A DNA stretch of 64,000 nucleotides, from NCBI GenBank assembly GCA_030141605.1, contig JAQGDQ010000847.1:24318-88317 (forward strand). The letters are read 5' to 3'. Source of the DNA: Tubiluchus corallicola. Taxonomy: Eukaryota > Animalia > Priapulida. The translations under genes were made by a program, and so were the position numbers. Positions 42,881-55,700 of this stretch are shown here, in pieces; the stretch's first letter is position 1; each line of letters begins with the position of its first letter. The notes under the pieces were generated by a model. It searched no databases and was not told where the DNA came from. It was given only the letters and a program-made list of their open reading frames with translations.

Positions 42881-43940
42881 ATCAGCTCTTACATATTATA
42901 CATGTACATACGCTAAATCTCTTTATGTTTTTATGTGTTGTGCTTGTGCCACAAATGAATTGCTAAATAGAAGTATGTATAATATAACTCTTAAGAGTTT
43001 TTTGCACATTAAGGTTATACATATGTGAAGGACAATTGGATGCAACTATATAAGGAGAGGGTAGCTGAAAAGTAACTAAAGACAAGTAAAAAGTTAGATA
43101 ACTCATTATTTAAGGTTTGTATTGTAGTTTGCTGCTTACCTGGTTAAAGCCGGTTAATACATGAATTGTGAGTGGCTCCGAATTTTTTAGAATTTTTTAC
43201 CAGTGCCCATACATCCACGCTTGTGCACACAAGTTTAGTGGAACGTTCTGAGATTCAATCTTTGTCTACGATATGAGCCATGAACTGAATGATCGATTTG
43301 GCAAATTACGTGTGTAATATTACTGAAATTCGTTTACAAAATTTACAGTAGTATCTATTTCAAAATTCATTCATCCTTCAACAGTTTAGACTGGCCCAAA
43401 CAACCAAGCAAAAAGTAGGTAATGAAGTACTAGTACATTGAAATAATAATGTTGATTATTTTGCCTTGATAACCTATTGAAATTTGAAAAAGCTTATTTG
43501 CAATAGGGTCTCATGCTGGTTATCATTTGATCCTCACTCATTTACTCATGTATGAGCACCAGACTAGACACTTTCAGCAACAGTACTTTTAGACCAATTC
43601 CAAGTGTCTACGACATCGCATGCCAGTGAATCTCTTCACAGAGATAACATCAGTCCTAACTGATTGCTGTTAAGTGCTTTAGAAGAATGACCTACTTGAT
43701 TTTTGCATTAATTGTTACTGATGTCTTGAACATTCTTTGCGGTCTTATTCATTAGACTTGACTGTGAATCTTCTCATAAAAGTATGTAAAAAGTATGTTG
43801 CAGTAGTTCGGCACAAATGCATTATTTACATGTTTTTTCCTAATGCCAGCATGAGCTGATTAACTTAACGTATTTCTTTCCTCATGACTCATCATATTTA
43901 TCTGTCCCGCAAAAAATTGAGCTTGCACTAGCAAAATTTC

Positions 43941-45518
43941 ATGTTTTACAGAGTATTCGTCACTGTCACCACATTTTGCCTGATGGATGCTTGCAGAATT
44001 CGTCAGTTTCTTGAACTTCTCATTGTCATGGCAACACTGATGACAACATATGCCACTAGTGATGGAAAGCTACTTTTTCACCAGTTCTGCCTTTGTGTGG
44101 CACTTCTCCTAGCATTACTGTCTAACATTTGCTGGAAAATTTGGAATAAAGAAAAGAGCTCATCAACTAGAAAAGAAACACACTTGAGAAAATGTGAAAC
44201 AGATGGACTGTGGTGCTTTATTCTTGTTCCTCTGTGTCTGGCAGATTCCACCAACCAACTAACTTCGTTAATTTGGATGATGTGTTCTGCCTCCATAATA
44301 AGACACACTATATTCATACATTTAATTTTTAGTCATAGTGCCATACTATCTGCCACATTGGTGTCTGTTGCAAGCACTTTCATGCTGCCTTTAAGTATGC
44401 TTGATGTACAAGAACTTGCTGTTTGGATAATTATTTTGCTGTTCTACTTTGCAATAGCAGAAATATTGTTGAAAATGTGTCCTGGAAGCTTCACGATTGG
44501 AGAGGTTGTAATAGTGGCACAGTGTATAATATTTACTTGTTGTGAATTGTGTATTAACATTATGACCAAGTTCGACTCCATGAATCATTTTGATGTTCCC
44601 AGCACTGTGAAATTAAAAACTTTTCCAGATGTTGTTTCTGTAAATCAAACATTGCTGTTCACTGCTATCCTACTGATAGTGACTTTGTTTATGCTACAGC
44701 ATAATAAACAAGTTACAACATTTTATATTATTGTCGCTTGTATAGGAGCAGTTGTTACATTTCCTATACTGACAATCCTACTTCAGCAGCTACCACACAT
44801 GTGGCTTATTAATCACATAGTGACTGGCAATTTTCTTCTGCTTCCATTTTGGATTGTTTTTTGTCTAGTGGCTGTGTTTATTGTGTCACATTATCAAACA
44901 CAACAAGTTCAAGCTTCAACAAGAGCTAGGAAACTCTTCCATTTGTTGGTAATCATAATTTTATCTCCTGGCATCTATTTTGATAAAAAATTGACAATTT
45001 TAGCATCTGGTGTAGCTCTGTTTGTGCTTGTCTTGTTGGAGTGCATTCGCGTCTACCGTATACCACCTTTAGGAGAAATAATTCATTATAATCTTCAGAT
45101 GTTTAGAGATGATAGAGACTCTAATATCATACTGAGCCATATCTATCTACTGTTTGGTTGTTCAGTACCATTGTTCATGTGTGGATCCACTGACCATATC
45201 ATCTTGTTGCATTCTGGAATTATTTCACTTGGTGTTGGAGATGCCATGGCTTCAGTCGCTGGTTCTTACTTGGGCAGGCACTATTGGCCTGGAACAAAGA
45301 AAACTATAGAAGGAACATTGTTTGCCATTGTTACGCAGTTATTGTGCTCATTGCTTATCCTGTGGATGTTCAAAAGTTCACAGTTGTCATTTTCCCTGTT
45401 GTTGTCATTAACATGGTGTTTTACGCTTGTGTCATTGGTGGAATGTTTTACTGATCAAATTGATAATCTGATATTGCCATTTATTTCTTTTGCTGTGTTA
45501 AAAGGCCTTCACGTGTAA
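43941..45518 (+). CDS. DOLK: Dolichol kinase (intronless CDS); true start probably ATG 43983
   Basis: 525-aa multi-TM ORF with PGSFTIGE, RKLFH, LSHIYLLFGCSVP, LGVGDAMASVAG, WPGTKKTIEG and TDQIDNLILP. A splice acceptor (TTTTACAG, 43951) overlaps the first ATG. AATAAA at 45804. Confidence 0.95.
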   Translation: MFYRVFVTVTTFCLMDACRIRQFLELLIVMATLMTTYATSDGKLLFHQFCLCVALLLALLSNICWKIWNKEKSSSTRKETHLRKCETDGLWCFILVPLCLADSTNQLTSLIWMMCSASIIRHTIFIHLIFSHSAILSATLVSVASTFMLPLSMLDVQELAVWIIILLFYFAIAEILLKMCPGSFTIGEVVIVAQCIIFTCCELCINIMTKFDSMNHFDVPSTVKLKTFPDVVSVNQTLLFTAILLIVTLFMLQHNKQVTTFYIIVACIGAVVTFPILTILLQQLPHMWLINHIVTGNFLLLPFWIVFCLVAVFIVSHYQTQQVQASTRARKLFHLLVIIILSPGIYFDKKLTILASGVALFVLVLLECIRVYRIPPLGEIIHYNLQMFRDDRDSNIILSHIYLLFGCSVPLFMCGSTDHIILLHSGIISLGVGDAMASVAGSYLGRHYWPGTKKTIEGTLFAIVTQLLCSLLILWMFKSSQLSFSLLLSLTWCFTLVSLVECFTDQIDNLILPFISFAVLKGLHV

Positions 45519-46059
45519 ACACTAAACAGTGAAGTGATCAGCTAACAAATTAAGTTATAATGCTTTAACTTTAATGTTTGAGTCTGAGAGACCAAGTTGA
45601 ATGGTAATGCTTTAGTTTCCTCTTATGACTTTGCATGCTATTGGGTATAGTTTGCTGATTACAGAAGAATCATGTGTCATGGGTCAGGAATGATTAATGA
45701 TGTACTAATTGTTTGAAAAATTTTAAACATTGATGATTCTGGAATTGACTTGAGTTGTCATTTATCTATCAAATTCTTTTCTTGTTTTCGTTATCATTTC
45801 TACAATAAATTTTTTATAAGTTTTTGCAAGCAGCATGTATTGGCCTTTTCTACCTTACCTAACACTTTATCTCGGTTTCCCAGTAGTTGCACAGTGTACT
45901 CAATCTGAATTTGAAATTTGAGATTTAATAAATTTAATTTTGAGGCAATACAATTGTAAACTGTGGAACACTGGTAACGGATTCTGAAAAGTGATGCCAT
46001 TATGACACACTAGGTGGAATTACAGTAATAGCTTATCACTGTATCCTATACTACGACCA

Positions 46060-46338
46060 GATGCTTTAGCCTAGTGTCAGTGTGTCAGCTTTCCATCTGG
46101 AAGGTCGTGAGTTCGGTACAGTGGATGTGTAATATCAAAGACTTTAAAAATGATGCCTACTGCTGCCCTGCCAGGGGCGTGGTATTTAGGGTAAAAGTGG
46201 GGTAATAATAGTCTCTGTTATATAGTTGTAGGTTGTTATTTACAGTCGGCGATAATAGCTTTTTGTGCTAATGTTAATTGTTCACCCAAAAGCCGACTTT
46301 AAATAAAGATTATTATTATTGTTATTATTATTATATAT
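46060..46338 (+). mobile_element. tRNA-derived SINE (core resembles the Meta-domain type)
   Basis: A-box-like TAGCCTAGTG, B-box-like GAGTTCGGTAC, core AAAGACTTTAAAAATGATGCCTACTGCTGCCCTGCC, AATAAA and (ATT)n tail. The domain label is from recall only. Confidence 0.7.
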
Positions 46339-46956
46339 AAAAAAACTAGACATGAGAATATAGCTATAGTAAGTCGAAAGTAAAGACTATACACTTCTGC
46401 ACTGGCTTTGTGGCACTGATGTGAAAATGTGGCGTCATTTAGGCTCTAAAAGGCTCTAAAAAAGATGTTTGTTGCTTTTAGACATTTTGATTTTTTGACA
46501 TCGTTTATATCTGAGAACTTTTATGCAGTTTGCAATGACGGTGCAGTAAACTGTTTTACATAACTAATTTTGTTATAAAAACTAATCTGGTAATGTGATA
46601 ATGTAGTTTTATACTTGATTCTTGCTAACACTGACTTTAGCAAAAAATGAGAAGAGTGATCCAGAATCTAATATAATGAGGAAATATAATAAGCAAAAGA
46701 GTTTGTGAGCTAATATTTCTCCCAACTTCTAGCATGAAAGACTTATCAGAACAGTCAGAACACAAATGCAAGTTGTTTTCTAAATCTTGTTTGCCATTAA
46801 CATGCACAGAATATATTAACTATCATAGTAGTTAATAAAAATTGAAATTCTTGCAAATTTTATTTTCTGATTTCTTAAATATAAAGTAATTTAATATTTT
46901 ATTTTTTCCAGATTTTAACTGAAAGGAAAACGTTTTATTACACCATATCTGCAATC

Positions 46957-49900
46957 ATGACTGTTATGGAATTTTTTGGTTGCACTTTCGTTGCATTTGG
47001 TCCACCATTTGCAATGTTTCTTTTCACAGTTTCGGATGATCCACTGAAAATTATCATTTTTATTGCAGGGTATGCTTTGTTATAAGTAGCACTTTTATTG
47101 ACTTTAAATTTCTTGCTTCAAGTGAAGCATCATTTTTTAAATCACTTTTGTACTGGGTACTTATTACTAATGTATTAGACCATGTTTAGTGAGTCACTCC
47201 GTCAAAAGTGGAGATTATACTAAATATGCAGTCTAATTTGTAATGCATTAATGTATGTGTAGATTAGCAATACAAGTTCCTCTAATCAAGTTTCATACAG
47301 TATATGGATTGACATCTGAATAGCACATATTTGAATAGCTGCTCATAAAGCCAAAACTGGTTATTAAAAGATTTGATAATTTGCAGTTTGTAACAACTAA
47401 TAACTTTGTACTAATAATTGGTAAATCGGATTGATTTGCACTGTGCATGTTGAATTTTAATTGCACATTTAAAGGTGTGACCAATTTTGCCAATTGCTGG
47501 TGAAACTGTTCATTTATTTTTATTTGATTCACTTTATTGCTGTTTTAGGGCATTTTTCTGGCTAATGTCATTACTGTTATCTTCTGTACTGTGGTACGCT
47601 GTCGTGCCGTTACGAGAACAACTTGCATTTGGACTCGTCTTCAGCGTCATTTTTCAGGAGTTGTTTCGATTTGCATATTATGTCCTTCTTCGGTACGGAA
47701 TTCATTTGTTTAGTTTATTGCATTATTCATGCATACATGCAATGAATGTATACATGCATTATTTTCTGGAGATTTTGTAATTATTTTGTGTAAGTCCATG
47801 TTACGAGATGCTGTTATAAATATTTTAATGTCTAAAGAAGCCAGCTTGCATTTTTCCAGAAAAGCAGAATCCGGATTAAAGAAAGTTAGTGAAACAGGAG
47901 CTGACCCAGGTCATCCCTATGCTATGACAAAAGCTGCTGTGGCATATGGTAAGCTGTTTGTGTCATCGCTTTACCTTAAAAGTTCTAATTTTGCTTTGCT
48001 GATAACACTGCAGCCCAAAAACACAGCAAGCATCTTTGTTTTGTAGACACCTACTGCAGCTATTCCATTTTTATGTTAACCAGAAAGCCACATTTCCTGT
48101 AAAGGGCAAGATACCCAAGAACTCACAGTGCTTAAAACTGTTTCCAGAACAGATGATTCGACTGTTAGGAAACATTAAATACAGTTAATGACAGCTCAAT
48201 TTTTAGAAATCCTTCTAATATTTCTTTCATTTAAGAAAGCCTTTTTGTCTGATGTGTAAGCCTGGACGTAACGCCAGCACTAGTTTCATCTTACTGTCTG
48301 GCAAAGATTATTGCTCTGCAGTGACAGCAATGAAATGAACCGTGAATCCTTCATGTTACACTTACCAGTATTGTATACTTTATAGAATTTCTTTTTAAAT
48401 TTTTCTTTGCTTTGATGGTTTTGTGTTGGAGTTTTGCTTCCATTTATTATTATATTCTTACTTACTGATGTTATTTTTCGTGATTGGCAACTTTATTTTC
48501 CTGGTACCCGACTGTGTTATGTTTTGAACAGTTTGTTTGCATTTTTGCCATTTAGTTATTAAGTTAAGTTCTGTTTTGTTAATTTTTAGACTGAAAATGG
48601 TTAGTAAGCTGGCTGCGATTTTGTCAAAATTGTTTGACGTCTGTTCATAACAGGCATTGTTGTTTTTGAGCTTGACAGCTTTTATTTTCAAGCATGGGAA
48701 AACTTTAATAAAAGTTTTTTTTGTTTCTAGTTGCAGGTCTAGGGTTTGGTATGATGAGTGGTGCATTTTCATTAGTAAATGTTTTGGCTGATTCGGCTGG
48801 TCCAGGTACTGTTGGTATTACTGGGAACTCTCAGTACTTCTTTCTTACATCAGGTAATAGCAGTGCAAGTCTTTTTTTGCAAAGTAAAAATAATCAATGT
48901 CACTTAGCAAGTATTGACTGCATACCCTATCCACCTTACACAGTAAAGTGGTGCATCTTAAAAATTGCACCATCGGTGTTCTTGTTTGTATTTGAATTAT
49001 TGAATAGGCATTAACATATGATTCCTTTGCTTGCTAAACAGTGGTGGCACAGTTATGTTTCAATTTGTTATAGAACCTAATTTTCAGATTCTGTTTTAAG
49101 TTGTTTTTGAACAGTGAGACTGACTTATCATATGACTCAACTAGGTACAAGGTTAGCACGTCTACCAGCTCTACTAAAAGCACATGAAATATTTGTCTTG
49201 ATAACCTCCATTGATAGTTTGACTTACAACATAATATAAAACATCAATTTATTCATCTTACAAGCATTTTTCTCGAGTTTCTAAGCTGATCTGATCTTTT
49301 TTGTAAACGTCTTATGTGGGGAAAACATACTGACTTAGCCTACTTAGCTATTTAAACAACCAAATATTGCTCTCAAAACTAAAGTGACTTGAGCTTAACA
49401 GGATCATCTAAATTACGCTCAGGTATAAATACATGTAAAAGCAGTAATAATGGGCAAGATCATTTGCAAATTTGTTATAATTCTTTTATGTAATTGTGAA
49501 AGTCACTGTCAAAATAATGTAGTTTCAAAAGTATTATATCTATGTATTTTAATACATATTTAACCATTCAACAACACTTATTTTTAATGAACTGCTTATC
49601 TGCAAAAATTCTGTATTTATCAGGTGCATCTTCACTACTTTATTTTCTTGTTTTCTTCCAGCATTTCTAACACTTTGCTTTATTCTCCTGCACACATTCT
49701 GGAGTGTTGTGTTTTTTCATTCTCTTGACAAAAAGAACTATCTCGGTGTCATACTTGTCATCAGTAGTCACATGATCGTATCTTGCTTGGTGAGTTATTT
49801 TCTTGGAATAATCAAACGGATTAATCAAATATTTATTGCAAATAGAAATTAGTTTGTAATTAAATATTTTTTGCATTTTAAAAATATGTATTGCACCTGA

Positions 49901-50632
49901 TCGCACTAACATATGTACAAGGTATAATGCTTGAGTTTTTCAAAATCTAATTCTCAGTCTTCAATTATAATTATACTATTATTTTGCCTTCATTTTACAT
50001 GATAAATGGCTGTGCATTTTACACTTTGCATTGCACTAGTCCTGGCTTCGCTTGCCAGCAGCTTAGTACTTAATTAAAACAAGTTTGCAACAAAAAATCT
50101 AACGAAACATTTAATGCAGATAACCATTTTTAACAAGCTCATCAAAGAAAAGCTTTGCTTGAGCACAACATTTACAAAACCTCGATCGGAGAATATAAAC
50201 ATTTTAAGCAGCGACTTGTTGTTCACTTTATAATACACTCTCATTAAAATGATTTCCATTGAGTATTAATGTTTTGGCACTTGAAATTGCTAAGTACACA
50301 ACTTTATTATGCTGGTCATATGATTTTATATTTTGCTAAGACAATCGGACTTTGCTTTATGAAAACAATCAAACCAGTAGTATCTAATGACACATGAAAA
50401 TTTCAACTTTGCAACTGTCATATCTGTATCATTACTGTGGCATGGAATTAATCTTTAATTTACACTATTTCAGAGTTTGTTGAATAAGGACGAACAATAC
50501 TTGGGTAGTATCATCCCCTCTTATGCCATAATGATGGGAACGTGTGCATATGCATACTACTTAGCAGGAGGAGCATTTGTAAACATACAGAATTGTCTGC
50601 AGCCAAGATCAAGAGCATTCCATGTTTATTAG
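46957..50632 (+). CDS. APH1: Gamma-secretase subunit APH-1
   Basis: Exons 46957-47069, 47549-47692, 47860-47948, 48731-48853, 49662-49789, 50474-50632(TAG), all GT-AG and in phase. Motifs MTVMEFFGCTFVAFGP, AFFWL, QELFR, AYVAGLGFGMMSG (GxxxG), GPGTVGI, LLHTFW and SHMIVS. Confidence 0.96.
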
Positions 50633-52781
50633 ACTTTACACATTATCATAATTACTGGAAATAAATCTGCTTAAGCATAGTATTACTTTCATCTGTTCGT
50701 TAAAAGCATTGTAAACGGTATAGCCTACTACTAATTTGCTCTTAAATAATTTAGTAAAACATTGTTAACTTTTGACAGCATTTTTTCAACCTTGTAAGTG
50801 TAAGTGATTCCCCAATTCACACTTATATGTAAAAAGTATGTAAATAATAAGTATTTATTAAAAAAAATATTAGAATAATTTATACTTTGTAGTTTAGCTT
50901 GTGCTTCACTAACCTATTACAAATGACATTCATTTCTACTTTTATGAACAATATAGCAACAACATAAAAAGTTTTTGCTAAGAATGTATAACAAGTTGAT
51001 ATAAAATAGTCAGATAGTCATTCAATGCGTATCAAAAAATATATTTCGAACACTAAATACAGACTATCTGCAACAAGCAGATTTTGAATGTGGAAGTGTT
51101 TTCGTTATTAAGGTGGTTAGTTTTCAGGACATAAGCCAGACACGTATGAGAATCTATTGGCACACTTACTGTGTATGAATTGTGATAATATTTTCAGATA
51201 TAAAATAATTATATGAAATGTAATAACATCCTCAGCATTTCTAGACCATTTTCAAAGTTCTGATATGGGGCTGAAGATTGCTTAAAATACGACTGAAACA
51301 CCAGCAACTTATGAAAACATATCATCTAAAAACTTGCGATGACAAATGTAAAGTTGAGTTTATTTAGTATTAGAACTCATTTGAGGTTGCAGGAATGTTG
51401 CAGGTCAATAGGTGGCAGTTTGGGAGCACTGTCAATTGGATTAGCTTTTTATGACTACAGTGCACCACATGAGTAATACACTCAAGGTTGTAGGTAAAAC
51501 TCTATGTATTCTAACAACTGCCATCTCAAACTCATTGAGAGGAGCTTTTCACTTAATTCATTGTTATGTTCTGGCTACACATTGTTAAGATGAGTTAACA
51601 ATTCCCACATTCATTGTAGGAATGCAACCACATTAACACCATTTTCTTGCTACCCAAATTACAGTCATCTAATGGCCAGCAAGATAATGATGGACTGTGA
51701 CTGTGAATGAGGTAGTAGTTAGAGCAATACTGAGTCAACAACTACACTGTACTAGAAAATAAATCATTGTGTACATGTTTGTAAAGAATCACTTTTGTTG
51801 TTACTCCTGTTCATGACTTGATGCTTTTTTATTTGCATGGTTTACATCAACATCCTCATGAAATTATACCAACTTGAAAAGCAAAGCAAAATACCATGTT
51901 AAAACTGACGACACATTTATTAGATTAGAACATACTTCAGTAATAGTGTATTATAAACATAAACGGCTTTACAGCATGTATGAGTGTTTCTGAATACACT
52001 CTTGGTACCTAACCCACACAGTATTGGCTACTAGATCTAAATGAATACAAGTAAGTGAAGACACATGCATCACAATAAAGTTATTAATAAAAGGAGATCT
52101 GTCAATAATTAATGCATCATATAAGCTTGCCAAAGATTAATGAATGTCAGTCAACTGTGAACAATCAAATGGAATTTTCAGGTCAATGATTAAATAAAGA
52201 TTTGCAAGTGCAGAATGTTTATTTACTTAACCATATTACAAGGGGTGATTAAGGTTTTCTATAAAAATAGATGTTTTGTTAATTAGGCAAGTAGACCGGG
52301 TAACACAGGCCAAACAATAATAAAATTTACAATTCAAAGGATTGTTACAGATTACTGTTTACTTTATACAACGTATTATAACATATCCACTCTTAAAGCA
52401 CGACATGTATAAGTAGATTCACCGTCAACAATCAATTATACTATATTATACATTCTAAGTTAAATATCTCATTTCAAACACAGTGTTAAAAACAACTGCA
52501 ATTCTATTTTCAAAATAATAATTTAAAATTACACATTTATTTCACTTACTTATTCATTAGCACTGCACCAAATCTAAAACAAATTTTTACATAAGTACTT
52601 TACAAGGAAGGCAATTGCAACAGTAGTGCTATTTTAACTAGTTAAAATGCGGTTTCTGATAAATTCAGCAAAACAGATTTTTCAGTAACTACGTGTTTAA
52701 TTCAAATAATAAATTTTGACTGCAACACAATTTAACTGCAAATAAGTTATCTAGGTTTAAAACAGTTTTATATAATATGGT

Positions 52782-55700
52782 TTAGAATTCGCGATTCGTT
52801 AGAACCATTGGCGCAATAAGTGTCCATATGTACAGTACAACGCAGAGCCAGCTGCTTATAATTTTCACCCAAACTGATGCTTGATTTGCATAAAGTGTCT
52901 CCAACGTGGCTTCAGACGGCCTAAAATAAACAACAAAATTTTGCACTCAGTTATTTATAACATCCTAGAGCCTTTTAAAAATAAAAAAAGCACACTAAAA
53001 ATTATTTTTGTTTTGATGCATCAAGGTAGTTACACGTCAGGCCTTGGTGCATGGGTTAGTCAGTAAGATGGTTTCATTAATTGTCATAATAAAGGATTAG
53101 GACAACACAAGAAATCTAGAAACGACTGAACAGCAGAACAAGGGCAAGTATTAAGAACAAGTCCGCGAGAGCACCATGCAGAGGGTGGCACATGAGGGGT
53201 GACGAATTTATATCATTTTTTTCTAACATGAAGGGCGACCCCCCAAAACCATGTAACCAAGATATCAAATCGATCGAGCTACTATTAGCAGAGAAATGAC
53301 CACATCAAGAAATTGACCTCAAAAGAGGCAAAAAATCGCTATTTTGGGAGGTTATTTTAACTTTTTCTCCTGTATAAACTATTACAGATGGGTCGATGTA
53401 AGTTGGCTGGTACATAGACCCAGACATTGTCTTCTGCTATCCTAACTTTTTCTGACATACTATTAATAGTATCAGAGAACGGGATTTTTCAAATTTGGCT
53501 CTTTGTTAAGAGTCCAGGGAGAGGTTAAGTTGTAAGGTTCATAACTCGTCCACTGCGGGGCTACAGAACTTCTGGTTTTCATGTATGTGTTAACCATCAT
53601 CCTCACTAATAATATAAAAAAGAAAATTTGCTGGAGCCTGTTTCAGTATTTAGCACTGGCACTTTAAAATTTCACAAAAATCAGCAAAATTCGCCTTTTT
53701 TGTAGTTTTCAATATTTTCTCTATCTATATGTTGGATTATAAGTGACAAATCTGTATTCTAAATTTCATGAAAATGCACGAGCTGAGATAATATCATGAA
53801 TGACATTATATAAAGGGAGCACTGTTAGAAAAAATTGCCATATCAACACACTTTTTTACTTTGCATAGTAATTCCGTCCATGTGTAAAAAGTAGACATAC
53901 TTGGCTCAGGTCGTATATGACAGTAGGCATTTAGCCACGTTTAACCTGCATTTTCTGTGACTAGTGCTCTAATTTCCTAGCAGCAATAGATTCCTTTGCC
54001 ATGGAAATTGCTAGAAATTTGCGAATTTCATCTTAGATTGGTTTAGTTATGTCGGAATTTTCATATGACTACAAATATGAATAATTGCCTCTTCTGATGG
54101 ATTTCAGGACAGGACATCATGCATGCCCCTAGTACCGAGTCCGACCCCGATTCAGGGCATTCTCTACACACCGAATCGTTAATGGTTACAAGGAAAGACT
54201 AAACAACAAGCCCTCTAATAGAAAAGAAGTACCGATTGTTAAGATTGAGAGTCATTGCTAGCGAAAGAATCTGACAACACTCGGTACATACATATAAGAT
54301 AGAAATCCGTTCATTTTTATATATCCGTTCATTTTTTATACTTTTTGTATGAATAAGCTTCATGGCTATACATAGAAGATTATGAATATCAGTACAAAAA
54401 TGAAAAACTACAAAACTCTGTCAGAATTCATTTCTCTAAGTCCAAAATACTGTTCTTATTGTAACAGCATAATCCTATCACTGAAGAGTAGTACAAGTAA
54501 TCAAAACCATAATATCTAAATAACAGAGAAAGAATTATCAATGCAGATAGATCACTAGAAGATAGATAAAAATATAGACAGATATATCATGGGGAAAGTG
54601 ATAAAGTGAAAATCTTACAGTCTAAAACATGAGACAATATAAACGTATGGGCCACTTCTAGGGGGATGGCGGTGATATTTAGCTCAGAAAATTTTTCTTC
54701 GCCTAAAATTTATTTGTGGCACAAAATCGATACTTCTGACAAAAAATATTAATAGTGTGATTGAATGATTGCGCCAATGGCACAAAAATTTTCGATGTTT
54801 TACAGTCAAAAAATCACTGGACAAATGATATCAAGTCTGTCCCATATTTTTTGGGGATTCGCTCAGATTTAGGGCAATTGTGTCCTGGCTTGTACGCCTA
54901 TGTAAGACGATGAGTAATAACTAGGTAATAACCTGTACATAACATTTACAAAGCATAGAAAATAAACAGTACATAAAACTATTTCCAGTCCTTGCAAGAA
55001 GCAATTTCCATTCCGTAGATATTTCATTTTTTTGTAGATGGAAGCGCTCTAAATGCGGTCCAGTGTCTTTAGTACAGGCTAACAGATTCACAATATTCAT
55101 TTCGTGCGGATAACTAGTCAGAATACCGCATTTAATGCTGGTAAACAGACCAGAAAACGAACATTTTAGTTCAGCAGTCGACGCCATCTTAAATGCTGGA
55201 ATCCAATCCTGTCAGTAGTTTAACCAATGTGCTGGCCAGGCCCCTATTAGCCAAAGATGAATATTTATGATGTTTTGAAGTATTTTGACAAGATTAGACA
55301 ACTTATGTTTACCTACACGAAGTTTTTTGATGAACGTTGTTACCTATATTTTCACCCTGATATATTCCTCTTTCAGAGGTCATTTATAATAGGGTGGAAA
55401 TTCGCTCCATCGAAATTGTCACTGCAGCATAGTGGGATGGGATGCTCTATTCACATACATATCGATATTTTTGTCCCTGCCCCCGCAGTGGGTGAGATAA
55501 GACTTTGAAATGACTGAATATTTGCATCTTGTGCGTAATACGAGCTTAAAGACCCCCAGTAGAGCCGAAAGAGGGGGGTTTGCAACAAAAGTCGAAATGT
55601 CATTTTGGAGAAGATAACAAGATCCAATACTGTGCAGAGTCAGATCTATTCAAACTCAGTGGTTGCTGCATGGCTAATCCTTCAAATATGAGTAAAAAAT

